Shown here one piece after another: positions 51,482-63,668 of a DNA stretch of 64,000 bases. The DNA lies in NCBI GenBank assembly GCA_000708835.1, contig DF237317.1, positions 28,282-92,281 of the forward strand, given 5' to 3'. Every line of letters starts with the position of its first letter. Position 1 is the stretch's first letter. A model generated the notes under the pieces. The model made no database searches and was not told the DNA's origin. It saw nothing but the letters and a program-made list of their open reading frames with translations. The DNA comes from Klebsormidium nitens (Eukaryota > Plantae > Klebsormidiophyceae). The translations under genes were made by a program, and so were the position numbers.

Positions 51482-54400
51482 TCACGTGGCACTACGCGGA
51501 GCATTCACAGCCCGTTCGCCGGTGGGCCTTGCCTTGGGGGTCCGCGCCTGCCCCTCCCCGGCTGGCATGCTGCTGCCCTTGCATCCGCCCGTTGGCGACG
51601 CGGCCTTGCGCTGCGCCAGCTTCGCCTCCCACTGCAGCGGGCCCATGGGTGCGCGCGCGGCAGTATTCACGTTCCCCGGCGACAGCACCTTGGGCGCGGC
51701 CGCCTCCGGGTCGGCCTTCCCGTTGGGCAGCGTCAGCAGAGCGGGCGGCACCGCCAGTCTGCTCACCATGCGGACCGGGGTGCGGGAGGGGCTCTCACAG
51801 GTGCGGGCGGCCTGCAAACACAACGAGGCCACCCGTTTTAGAAAACGGGGCGGCGACGCGATACAGGCGGCACCGGTAGCAGGCAGCGTCCGACGGGCGC
51901 GGCAAACACCAGAAGCTGGGTACAAGGGCAGCAAGCTTCCGACGCTCCTCCCGTTCATCGTCGCGATCCTCGAGGTCGCTCACCTGTAGCGGTTCCCCTC
52001 GGCCGCCGGTGTCGGTGTGCGCCTTCCAGTTCTGCAGCAAGGCGGCCACGTCGCGAGTGCGCGGCGTGGGGTCGGGGGACGCGGTGGCCGCGGCAGCCCG
52101 AGGGAGGGCGTCGCGCCCGAAGGTGGGGGAGCGCACCAACCGGGCGGGGCTCACGACGGGGGAGGTGGCCACCTGCACCGTCAGTCGCAGGGGCGCGCGG
52201 CCTGTAGCCAACTGCGAGGGCGGGACTGAGTACGGCCCAAGCCGCACCGCTCCTCCGGGGTGCTGCGAGAGGCCCGCAATGGGCATCCGCAGATAGGCGG
52301 AGCTGGGGGCGGCGGGGTGCGCGGCGAGTGGGGCGGCGGGGTGCGGGGGCCCGTGCTGCTGCTGCTGCGCCTGGAACTTGACCATAATGCGCTTCTTTGG
52401 GGCCTGGTGCCGCGCAGTGGCCGCCTTCACGTTGCCACCGCGCGGCGTGAGCGACATGCCCACGCGCGCCATGATGCCCGCCCGGAGCGCCTCCCTGCAA
52501 ACAGTGCGGGACACGTGTCGGGGAGGGCAACGAAAATCTTCAAATGAGACAGCTTTCAACAGCATGACACCCGGCTGCTCGACGCTAGGAGACACTCTTT
52601 GTCAACTTGACACCGTACTTCGATTGTCCCTTCAAAATGGATGGATTACTGCTTTCCAATTGGGCCGCCACAAGGTTAGTTGAAAATCCAGTCGTATTGA
52701 GTGAGGTTGTCGACGCTCTGGATTCTCTAGTCCTCATCGGTCGCAACGCGTCGGCAGTGCTGCCCCCCGGCGCCCTAATCCGCTCACCTGCTCGGCGGGT
52801 CGCTCGCGTGTGCCTCTTTCTCCCGCAGCTTTTCGTTCTCTCGGCGGTGCTTGCCCACGTGCCCTCCTAGCGCCGCCCCCGTCTCGAATTCAGCTCCGCA
52901 CTCGCCGCACTGGTGGAGGCGCGCTGGGCCCACCTGGAAGAGGCACACACCCGGGGAGCGGGTCAGGCACTCGGGAAGGGACCTGCCTTGCGCCATGGCC
53001 GCGTGAAAACACTTTGCAGGACCAGTGCTCTCATCTTGTCGTGCATCCGAAGGCGGCATGCCGTAGCTCACCTTGGTCACTGCGGCGCTGGTGCTGGACG
53101 TGAGGGTGCTCAGGAAGCGCGGGTCCGGCCGCCCCCCCGTCTCGGGCGCCCCCCGCGGCTGGCCGTGCAGCGCTTGGGCGCCATAGCGCGACAGGCCGGC
53201 ACCCGCGGGGCTGCCCATGCTGGCAGGGCGGTACGGGGCGGGCACGTGCGCCGCGGTGGGGCGCGCGTGGAAGCGGCTGGGGGTCGGCCCCGTGGCCTGG
53301 GGGCTGTTGGCGGGGGAGCTCTCTGGGCTGCTGGCGCCCGGCAGCTGCGACAGCACGCGCTTGCGCTTCTCGCCCCCAGGCCACGTGTCCGTCTGCGCGC
53401 GGCCCGGAAAGAAGACGCTGCTCTGCCCGATGGGCACATTCTCCGCCCACTCGGCGCTCAGCCGGGCCGCCGCATGCCACGCCCCACCAACCGCGACTGC
53501 CCGCGGGCGGGGCCCTCCTATACCTATTGCGACCGGCTGCGCGGCCGCGGGGGCCACCTTCTCCGTGGGGCTGGCGACCGTCATCTCGACATCCTGGGGG
53601 GGTTCACTTCCAGCAGTGGCGGCGGCCCCTAGCCGCGCCTTGACCCCGAGGGGCGACGCGGCGAGGGGCTTGGTGATACCTCGTTGCGCGACGCCCCGCT
53701 CGCGCTCGCGCTCTCGCTCCTGCTGCTGGAAGTGGATAGCCATTAACAGCTCCGCCGAGTCCTCGCACTCCGCCCCGCCTCCTCCTGCCGTGGCCTCCCA
53801 GCGCTGCGCCACATCGCGCCCGGTTCCCACGGGCGACTCTTCCGCTGCATTGCGCCACCCGCCCTCGCCCCCTCCCCCCATGCGCACCTCCTCCTCCGCC
53901 TCCTCGTCGTCGTCGTCGTCCATCCACGCCGGCCGCCCCGGGACCACGCACCGGCTGCCCGAGGCCGACAGCGGCCGCCCGAAGGCCGCGCGGTGGGGTT
54001 CCTTGGGGTGTGTGCCGGTGGGCGCGCGCTTGCGCGGCTTGGCCAGGGCCTTGGGCGCCTTCTTCTTGGCCGGGGTGGGCCCGCTGGAGTGGATGCGCTG
54101 GTGGCCGCCCAGGGCCTGCCCCGTGCCGAAGTCCTTGAAGCACGTGTTGCACCGGTAGCGCCCGTTGGCCAAAATGCACCCGCCGTACACCTCGCGCCCC
54201 ACCTCCAGCGCGCGCGCCTGCACCGCAGCGACGGGTCAGTGCGCGCACAACCATGCAACAGAGACAAGAGAGCCTCTTGGCGGAGCAACCTGCTGGAGAA
54301 CCGGCTTTGGATAAACATGCAAAGCACCGCTGCAGCGTGCCAAGTAAGTCTTCGACTCTGTATCCGGTACATACGTCCCACCGGCGGCCGCCGTCCTGCG

Positions 54401-57400
54401 GCTCTTGTCCATTTGGTGCCCTGTGGCTCACCTTGGCGTGCGGCTCCGCGGCTTCCCTCCTCTCTGCCGGCGCCCCGGCCGCGTGTGGCTCCGCCTTGGG
54501 CCCCACTTCGCTGCCGTAGTGGCCGTCTTCCGACATGGCGCGCAGCTCCTCGAGGCGCCGCCGCCGCTCACTGCGATGCAGCTTGCGGTGGCTCCCTGCG
54601 CGCCAACCACAGACAGCCACCCCTTCAGCAAACTGGCTGCAACGGCGCCGCCACCGCAAGCAGCGACACGTGAAAGTGGCCCACAGATCATTATAAGAGG
54701 GTCGGCGCAATTGCCAGCCAAGGTGGGGGCCAAACATCCTTGTGAGGAAACGCAAGGTATCCTTTCGATCGGACTGCGTGCGGCATCGGTTCGACGAAGC
54801 AACCCTCAAATCTGCAAGCATGGATCCTTGCCAACCTCGTGTATAATGTGCCGATCCTAGCTCTTGCCTTTCGAGCAGTTTTTCATCCAAGCCGTCCGGT
54901 CCTCCTTCAAACCGTCCAGGTTGATTATCCTTTGAGATTGGTCTTTTGGGATCTAGTCGCATCAATGGTGGAATTCTAGCTTGTCTGTTTTCCCGCTTGA
55001 ATATTTACGACTATACAAAAGACTAAATCTTTTTTGAATGTGTTGTAATAGCTCAAAAGGTTACGTGATAAGGGGACTTTACTACAGAAGCTTTAGCTCG
55101 ATTCTGGCCGAGAAGAAGAGCAGGTTGTTTGAAGCAGAGGTTGGGGCGGCTTAGACTGACATAAGAATTGGACAGAACAATCTCAGGGCCGCCGGATCAG
55201 TTGAGCTCGTACGGGCCTGAGAGAGGGGCCAGGATGCTGCGCGGGCCGCGCGCGCGCTCACCGAGCGACCTGGCGCTGGGGAAGACGGCGGTGCACTCGT
55301 TGCAGGCGAAGACGTGCGCGTCCCGCTCGCTGCCGCTGCTCTCCATGTCCCCGTCGGACCCGCTGCCGTCCGCGCCCACGGGTGGCGCCGTCTCGTCCAT
55401 CTTCTCCTCCCGCCGCCACTCGTCCGTCTGCCACTCGAAGCTCTCGAACCGCCGCGGCTTGCGCATCCTCCTGCTGCGCGCGGCCGTGAACGGCAGCATG
55501 TCCCCCGCGCCCACCTCCTCCGCGCCCGGGCCGACTGTCGCGGGCTGGCCCTCGCCGCCCTCCTCTGCCGCGCGATCGTCTGCCCGAGCCTCTCCGGTCG
55601 CGAGGTTCACCTGGGCGTACTGTGCTGGGGGCGGCTCGGGCGCGGCCTCGCGGGTGGGATCCGCGTCGTCGGAGCCCCAGCCCGCGGCCATGGGGCCGTA
55701 GGGCGCGCCGTCGTGGTAGGGCTCCGCAGAGGGCCCGCGGCGGACGACGGCCCCCGCGCTGGGCCCGTGCATGCGCTGGTGACCATCGCGGCCGCGCGAG
55801 GTGGGGAAGGTGGCGTCGCACTTGCGGCACTGGTACTTGCCGGCCTTCTTCATGCGCGGCCGCCCCGCCCGGCGACGCCCGTATGCGTCGCCGGCGCCCG
55901 CCTCGCCGTCGTCCATGTCGTCGTCGTCGCCCGAGTCGTCGCCCTGCAGCAGAGGGCCGCGCGTCAGCGCCAGCGGAGGAGCAGCCGCGAGAGCGAGGGG
56001 CCAGCGGGCAGCACAGCAGGCAGGCAGCGGGGTAAGGAGCATCTTCGCACAACCCAGGACACGGACACGGTTTGAGCTGGGCGATCTGATTCCATCGATC
56101 AGCCAAAAACTCAAACTCAGGCCTTTGAAACGACTGCAGGAACTTCGAGCAGAACGTTCGCAAGGGCCGAAAGACAAATATTGACATATGAGGGTTCGAG
56201 TGGTCCCAATGCGGAAGAAGGACGAAAGAACGGGCTGCACGACAATCACGAACGTAAGCACAGGCGACGCTTCCGGTTAGTGCTCTCTCGGGTCTATTTT
56301 AATGAGAAGTTCCCTTCATCAACCCTGAGGTGGCTAGTGTTGGTGTTATTGTGGAAAGTTCACAGCCTGCAGCTATTCTTCGTGCAGCATCCCTGCAACC
56401 CTCATCTTTGTCGCGATGCTCACCGGCTGCCGGTAGATGATCTCCCCCAGCACCTCCTCGTCGTCCAGGTCGTCTCCTGCGTCCCCTTCAAGCGCGCACG
56501 CCACCGGCTTCTCCTCGCGTGCCACCAGGAACACTGCAACACCAGAGCGGCTGCGATCAGGAGGGCCCTTCCCTCAATCAAGGCAGAGGGAGACAGCTGG
56601 CGGCTGATGCGAGACGCAGGAGGGGCGCAAGTGCCCCCCAGGCTCGTCTCGCTGGCCATCTTGGGGCTCTCACCGTTGATCTCAGGCGGTGGCCTTGGCC
56701 CGCTCCTGATGCCCTTCATGGGGGGGAACTGCTGGCCCCCGTGGACTCTCTGATGGCCCCCCAGAGCGTGCCCGTTTTTGAACCAGTCCAGGCAGGTCGG
56801 GCACTGCAGCCAACCGGGGCCCGGAGCGCGGGACGAGTGGCCATCCCCCTGCCACGTCGCACAAAGAATGTCAGCAATCAACACCAGAGGCACGTACACG
56901 GCTCTTGCGAATTGTGCCAGTACTTCATAGCGACCGACAACGTGGGGCGATGGCCCGATTGACGGCCTGCACCCCTGCAAAGCGCAGGTCCCTCACCTTG
57001 GCCTCCGTCTCCTGGTCGTCGCGGGGCAGCCTGGCCCGCTGCGCGGGTTGGTGCGTCTTCTGGTGCCCCCCCAGCGCCTGCAGCGTCTCGAAGCCCTTCC
57101 CGCAGGTGCGGCACCGGAAGCGCTCGCTGCCAGCGGGCCGCTTGTGCACCACGCGGTGGCCCCCCAGCTGCTGCGCACTCTCGAAGCTCAGCCCGCAGTC
57201 GGGGCACACGTGGCGGCCCGCGCCAGCCGGCCCCTCAGGCCCCTCGCTCCCCTTGCGTGACACCCTGACAGGGACAGTTCATGATCAGCAAGCTGTGACC
57301 ACTAGTCACGCCCGCACAGCAGACGTGTATAGTGAACGGCTCATAGATCAACGTTCAAACTTTGTTCAGACACACATATATCTGCCTTTGACCTGTCCTC

Positions 57401-60261
57401 GCTTAAAATGGCAACATTCAATTGAAAGGAACAAGGGACAGGCGCCCACACGCTCGAGCCCTCAGAAAGCTGCTTCCAAGCGAGAAAGGACGCTTCACGA
57501 CCTTGAGAAGATAGGGTGCGAGAAGGCCATGTTGAAAGTAAAAATGCGATAGGAAGTTGCACGAAATCATCCACGCATTCGCTTCCATGGCCACAGCTCC
57601 GCCCTACCTGCGCCCCCTTTCCCACTCGTCCTCATCCGGGGATCCCTCCCGCCTCCGCTCCATGCTCGCGCGGGCCTCCAGGAATTGCTGCATCCACCAA
57701 TGGCGGGGGTCGCCCTCGTGCGTGCCCTCCGCACACAGCGCCACCTCAGCTGGTAGTGCGCCCTCAACCTTGATGTCGCTGCTCCGGATGATCCCGTTAC
57801 CGGCCTGGCCGTCTGCGATGCTGTCGCTGCTGTGCAGCTTGATGGCAGCCATCTGATGGCTGAGCTGCGTGGAAGTGGTCTCCGGCCGCACCGCCGCCGC
57901 CACCAGGCTCGCTGCCGCGTGCTGCTCCGTCCAGCCGTCCTCCACGTAGGCGCCGCGCCCGCCCTGCTGCGCGGCTCTGCGCTGCCCCAGGCTGAGCTGC
58001 AGCGCGGCGGGCGACCAGGCCTCCTGGGGCCCCTCGCGCGCCTGCTCATCTGGCCCTCCCTTGCTGGCCTCGCCCTGCCCGGCAGCTTCGGCAGCCACCC
58101 GCAGCAGCTGGGACAGCGACAAGGGGGCCGGCCGCTGCATGCGCGGGCTCTTCATGGGGTCGGACAAGCAAGGGGAGAAGCCCCCTGAAAGAGCTCCTGG
58201 GCGAGGGGTGATGGGGGGCGAGAAGGGGTGGGGAGAGCGGAGGCTGGTGGCAGGAGGTGCGGGGGGGCTGGGCAGCAGCTGCGCCTGCTCCGCCAGCCAG
58301 GCGGCAGCCTCAGTGGCAGACATGCGGGCGAGGCCCTCGTCCTGGCGCAGGGGAAGAGCGGGAGGGGGGGTGTGAGAGGCAGGAGCAGGTTAGGGAGGAC
58401 ACAGACAGCGCAATGATGAACCACTGACATTTTCTGACGGGTTCTCGAAGGCAATTCTCAGAGAAGCAGAGTGATCATGTCTGTTCACCTTGATCTGTGG
58501 ACACAGTGAATATAAGCTGAGCTGCAAGGAGCCAATATGTTTTGGTGCTGCCTTCCTGGCCCCCAGGCAGCACTTTGACTGAGGCGCCAGCAGGCTGTAG
58601 GACAGGTTGCTGGTGTAGCGCGTGCCTCTGGAGACTAACAGCAGCTGCCTATGGTTTAGCAGCTCAGCTGCATCCGCCATGACTCTCTGAGAGAAAACAA
58701 GCAGCCTGATTCCCTGGTTTCCACCCATGCACGCAAGGGAGAACCCCTTGAGAATGTGGGGTTGACTTGCAGTGAGAGCTGGTGCGGCGCTCACTTGCTC
58801 AAAGTCGTGGGTGAAGTTGCGCGGTGCCAAGTGGCCTATGTACTTGAGCGCCGCAATGTCGTGTGCCGCTGCGGCCCTCTCCGCTGTGGTGAAGTCTCCC
58901 AGCTCCACCAGCTCGGATTGGCCGTCCTCCGGCTCAAACATGAGGTAGGAGCGCCACCTGCAGGCACACAGCAGCGCTCCACTCAGAATGGCAGCATGTT
59001 GTGGAACAAGGCAGGCTCGAGTACGTCTGCTAAAGAGACTGTCTCGCATGAATCCAATATCAGCTCCCGCTGTGCACTTTCTACAGCAAGAATGGAGGCA
59101 GACAGAGAGGGAGCAGAGCATGCAAGTTTGTGTGATTGGGGCATGTCCTCACCGATCGCCCCGCTTCTCGACGCCTTGATACTGAGGGTCCAAGTTTGAG
59201 CTCGGGTAGGCCGTCGGTGTTTCCGGCTTTTCGTCAAGGACGCTCAGGTTGTGTGCCACGAAGCTCAGCAGCGCCCTCGAGGCATCAAAGTATTCCACCC
59301 CCCTTTGAGCACCTTTTGTGAAGCGTGCCAGAGCCGGGCAGCAGTAGTAGACCATGTTCCGGCCATTGCCCTTGTGCACTGTCTCCAGGTGCCAGCCCAG
59401 CCGCTCCAGGCGCGGCCAGACCCCCATGTGGAACAGGTCCGACATCTGGCTGGTAGGCGTCGCGCGGATGTCCATCTGCGCCAGCTCCTCCTGGATCTCC
59501 AGCGTGCTGCAGTCGCGGTACCGCGAGTTGGCCACCAGCCGGCTGCGCCTGCTGCTCTTCTCCGCAAACAGGTGGTAGTGGCAGCTGCTCAGGTCGTCCT
59601 CCTGGCCAATGCTGAACGCGGCCCACAGCGTGGCAGCACTCGAGTGCTTCCTGAGCAGGCGCACAAACTTCTCCAGGCTCATCTCATTGCGGGCCATCTT
59701 GCTGTGTGCGTCCATGATGCGGTCCTGGACCTTGGCGTCGGTCACGTGGTGGAAGAGCCTGGCCAGCAGCTTGCGCCCGCGGTTGCCCAGCACCATCAGG
59801 CTGCCGCGCACGTGCTGCTCCTTACTGTGCTGCAGGCTGCTCAGCTTGAATGCATGGTAGAGGGGATGGAGGGCGCGCTTGAACTTGTTGTAGTAGTACC
59901 AGCGGCACTGAATGAAGTTCTTCTGCTGCCCGTCACCAATGAACCTCGAAATTGGTTTGAAGTTTTTCTCAAAAAGGAAGATGCCGAGCACAAAATCCTT
60001 CTCTTCTTCGATGCTCCATGTTGTGGACCCAATGCTGTAGTCTGGCCAGAGCGCATGAGCAGGGCCCTCTGTGATTGGAAGAGTCTTGGAGAACCTGTCC
60101 CGACGCTGCCAATAGGGGTCGTCTTCATGCAGGGCCGGCTTCCAGACAGTGGACCGTGCCGGCTTGGGCCTAGCTATTGGCAGCTGGGAGATGTCCACTT
60201 GAAAGTTGCTACCCCGTCTGACTCTAGGAGGCTCCGAAGCTGCAGCATCATCGCCCGCCAT
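51482..60261 (-). CDS. Large multi-domain transcription factor: ELM2-like/SANT module + AP2 domain + seven C2H2 zinc fingers (about 13 exons)
   Basis: Every junction checked is GT-AG with matching phase, e.g. GAT CG|gt 59152..cag|G TGG 58957; CGC AG|gt..cag|G GTG; CTC G|gt..cag|GG AGC; AGC AG|gt..cag|G GAG; CTA CAG|gt..cag|GCC. Stop TGA at 51484-51482. The donor after the 58697 exon is the least certain. The 5' end may extend upstream of 60261 (possible acceptor ctctag 33 nt before the ATG). Confidence 0.8.
52845..57206 (-). other. Seven C2H2 zinc fingers, five with QALGGH-like helices
   Basis: CPDC..QQLGGHRVVH; CRTC..QALGGHQKTH; CPTC..HALGGHQRVH; CRKC..RGRDGHQRMH; CNEC..RSLG|SHRKLH (spliced); CNTC..QALGGHQRIH; CGEC..AALGGHVGKH. 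Confidence 0.92.
58795..59181 (-). other. AP2/ERF-like DNA-binding domain split by one intron
   Basis: Spliced peptide YQGVEKRGDRWRSYLMFEPEDGQSELVELGDFTTAERAAAAHDIAALKYIGHLAPRNF follows the AP2 pattern YxGV...W...I/L...LGxFxTAExAAxAxDxAA...G..A..NF. Confidence 0.85.
59240..60230 (-). other. ELM2-like motif + SANT-like domain + conserved plant domain (family of Arabidopsis At1g09040/At2g47820-type proteins)
   Basis: RVRRGSNFQVDI (ELM2-like R-V-G-x-x-Y/F-Q), WSIEEEKDFVLGIFLFEKNFKPISRFI...WYYYNKF (SANT-like), then MSLEKFVRLL, FSIGQEDDLS, DLFHMGVWPRLERLGWH and RGVEYFD. These match my recollection of that plant family and need HMM confirmation. Confidence 0.7.
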
Positions 60262-63200
60262 TGAGGCTGTTTTTGGCGCCTCCTTCCGATCGGACTAGAG
60301 CATGTGAGCTACTGCGTGCCGGTATACTCAGCTTGAGATTGTAGCACAAGGATCTAGGCCATCAACTTTCGTTATGAGCGAGCTTTTGGTGCAGACCGAA
60401 GAAGCACAGCTACAAGCACTTTCCGCAGAACGGCAATTTGCAAAGGGCATCCTGCAGCCAATCTCCTGTTGATGGCATCTAGCTTGACTGCTCTAGGTTC
60501 TTGTGGCTTCCATCAGCTCAGCCTTTTGAGCCTGATGAAGCAGCGTGTTGCTTCATAGGCATGCTTCCGTTTGCCTGCCAGACACAATGATCTGAAAGTT
60601 TGGTGCTCAAACTGTGCAGCCTTCCCGGGTGATGTCAGGTCCTGCTTCAAAGCTACGGCATTGTGTTGACGCAAAAGAGCTCAGCCAGTCTCGAGCTAAG
60701 CGATAGTAGAGGAGGGAGCTGTCGTTCTGGATCGTGCATGTCTATGATTGGTACGTACTGCAGTGTGTTTCGACCCGGTATACTCCGAGGTTGTTCAGTA
60801 GCATCTGCTTAAGATGTACTGTATGTACCCTTTTCTTTGCTCCGCAGCTTCAAAACGCACCTGCAGCAGACGCTTGCAGACCGTCTCTGGATCTCTAGAG
60901 TCGAGGCCGTATTGTTGAGACAAGCTTCATATGGACGTGACTTTTGGTACATTCTGCCCACTTTACCCATGCAAAGGCCGCGCGTGTCAGTTTGGGTACG
61001 CGTGCATCTGATACAGAAGCCATTCAGTGTGTGGTTGTACGGGACATATGGTCAGGTCGCATAGTCCTAGCATCTAAAGGGCGCCCCTTTAATGAAGTGT
61101 TTCCGTATTCAACCAGAGTCTGAGGCATCCATCGGTGAACCAAATTGAGGTGAATCAATTGCAATCAAACGTTTGTAGACGGTGCAGACGTACATGTAAG
61201 ATTACATGCCTGGTTCCGTAGTCCATCAAACAGAAAGTGTTGTATTGCAGACAGATCCAGTATTTGGTTCATCAATTGATGACATATGTAACACAGGTAC
61301 TTATTTGAACAGGGTTTGAACATCCCGCGGCCGGAAAAGGTGATTCTCGTCAATGACTCACGTAGGTGAAATTAACTGCACCTGGCATTTGCATACCTAC
61401 TCACAATGTACAACACAGCTACCGTAGGTTTGGGGAGCCTACAGCCCGCCTACCGATGTCTACCGGTAGTACCGGTATCTACAGTAACAGCCTAGAGGAC
61501 CAGTATGTACACGTACCACCCAGCACAATCTCCGTAACCTGTAGATAAATATCATTCCCGGAAACTAGAACAAAACGAAGGTACCGGTACTACGTAAGTA
61601 CGTACAAAGTCATACGGGCCTGGCACACCCCTGGCACAAACGGTAGGCAAAAAAAGTGTGCGAGCAGGTAGCAGATGCCCGGGTTCAGAACCCGCCGGCC
61701 GAAGTTGAGGCAAAACATGCGCGTTCCAAAGCATCGAACCGCAGCCCTCCACCGTCAGATACATCGATCTTGCAAAATCATGGACCACATCAGATTCAAG
61801 GTATACATATTCCACTTCGGGCGGCCGGGCCGGTCCGCAGAATCGACATTTTGGCCGGTATGATTTCTCCACCGGTCGATGGCACAGTGACAACGCAAAT
61901 CGGACGGTGCAGCACCACCGCTGTTGCGCTGTGCAAAATGAGCTTGAAAATGGCGCCTGAGGTTTGGAAAAGTTAGAGGTTATGAGGTCCGACAGCCTGC
62001 GTTGCAATGGCATTCCCCAACGCATCCCCCTGATCCCCGCTGTTTGCCAACACTGAATTAAGCGGCGTAATTTCACTTACCGCCATGTCGGACGAGCAGA
62101 TTCGGAATCCTCGTCGGTAAACGGTGAGTCCCAGAGTCCCCAGTCCAAAGGAGTCGACTTCACCTAGTGGAATCGGGTATGATCGGGGTGGAATTATGGC
62201 GGCCAATGGCCCTGAGTCGGTTTACTTCTAGCTCACAAAGGAAGGAAAAGTATGGCCGTCCATTGTTGTTTCAAATTGGTTTAGGCTTTCAAGGCTTATG
62301 TTCCATGTCACAAATTCGGAGTGTAAATTATCACGAGAAATACAAAAGAAAAACGGCGATTGAGCTTACTTTGTCTAGCTCAACGCCCTGCTTCGACCTG
62401 GGACCTTCGGTCACAAAGCTTGCTGCTCGACATGAAGCAGCCAGTGAGCAGACACATCGGACGGCCATTTTCGAGTAGAGTTAAGTGATCATTTTCATCT
62501 TTCACCGTCTCAGAGCAACTTTGATTGGTGGTTCTTTTCAGTCTTCGAAGCGCGGCCTAATGCTCAAAGTATGAAAGTAAATGTAAACGACCATCCACAA
62601 TGGCTCCGTGGGCCTGTCAAATGGCCAAGTCAAAATCATAGTCTTGCGCAGTCCAGAGTGTGCGCTCAGGTCTTCACTGCTATTGGCGGCAGAGTCTCTT
62701 CAAGCAAATACCCTGGTCGAGGGCCCCGATGAAAAGGCTTGTTTCCCTGAGCCTCAGCCAAGCCGAAAAGTGAAGTAAGACGAGGTCGGACTCTCAGAAA
62801 GTTTTCACGGACCAATTTTAGCCTTCCTTGGTCATGAACCTGGCTTCAAAGTAGTATTATGAAGAGAAATTTTCTCCAATATTCGAGATGTAGCTTGCGC
62901 CCGCAGCCGAGGCGCCAGCGGCGATTCAGGAAGTGGCCACTTAACCGCTCGTGATTTTTTGGATTCGCAATCGTCAAGACTTGCAGTGTAAACGAACCTC
63001 ATTGTAACATTGCCAATTTCGGACCTAGTGTGATTGTGTGAGTTCATTCTATACAACTCAGCCGCATAGCAACCATAGTAGTACATACAAGTGTACATTC
63101 GTGATTGGGAAAGAATGGACTGTTGCTGAGTGCGTACGATCCGATAGACCCCGATTCGGAGTTGATATTGAATCGTATGCGCCCGGGCCCGGCGGTCACA

Positions 63201-63633
63201 GTGATTTCCGGCTTGTAGCAGCATATTCAAATGGCATGCGGTGGCATCTTTGACGGCATGAAACCGGCACCCACCCGGCATGATTTTACGGCACGGGCAT
63301 TTGATGCCGGAGTAGATGTCCGGCATACCACCAAGTGTGCTTTGATGCCGCGCTGCGGCCGGCCATCTAACAGCATGCCGCTTCGATTCCCCCTCTGCCG
63401 CACATTCTGCCGCATGGCTGCCGCCGGCTGCACGCCGGCGTCTTTGCCGCAACGCCGTGCCGCGGCGCAGCTTGTATTGCCGCCCGACCAGTCACCCGTT
63501 GCCGCTCTGGTGCCGCTTGCAACTCGGGGTCTCCGCCGCCCGGCTCTCAGCAGCCCATCGGTGCTGCCGCCCGGATTCATTTACGGCGCCGAGGGAGCCG
63601 CCCGGCCGGACTCCGCCGGGCCGGGCCTTATCC

Positions 63634-63668
63634 GGCACCTCGGGGGCACCTCCGGGGCACCTCCGGGA
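63634..63668 (+). repeat. Three near-identical 12-bp tandem units (gcacctccgggg) within a CCGG-dense stretch
   Basis: ggcacctcgggggcacctccggggcacctccggga read directly from the sequence. Confidence 0.75.

Noticed and set aside
52913-56187. Long alternative-frame ORFs (53604-54965, 53217-54158, 55258-56187)
   Set aside because: Shadow frames of the GC-rich TF exons. 53604-54965 contains one genuine short exon but runs through introns.
51482-60261. Interpretation as three or four separate genes (SANT gene, AP2 gene, zinc-finger genes)
   Set aside because: SANT and AP2 share an exon, and all downstream junctions are phase-compatible with no obligatory stop. Disfavoured, though not excluded without RNA data.
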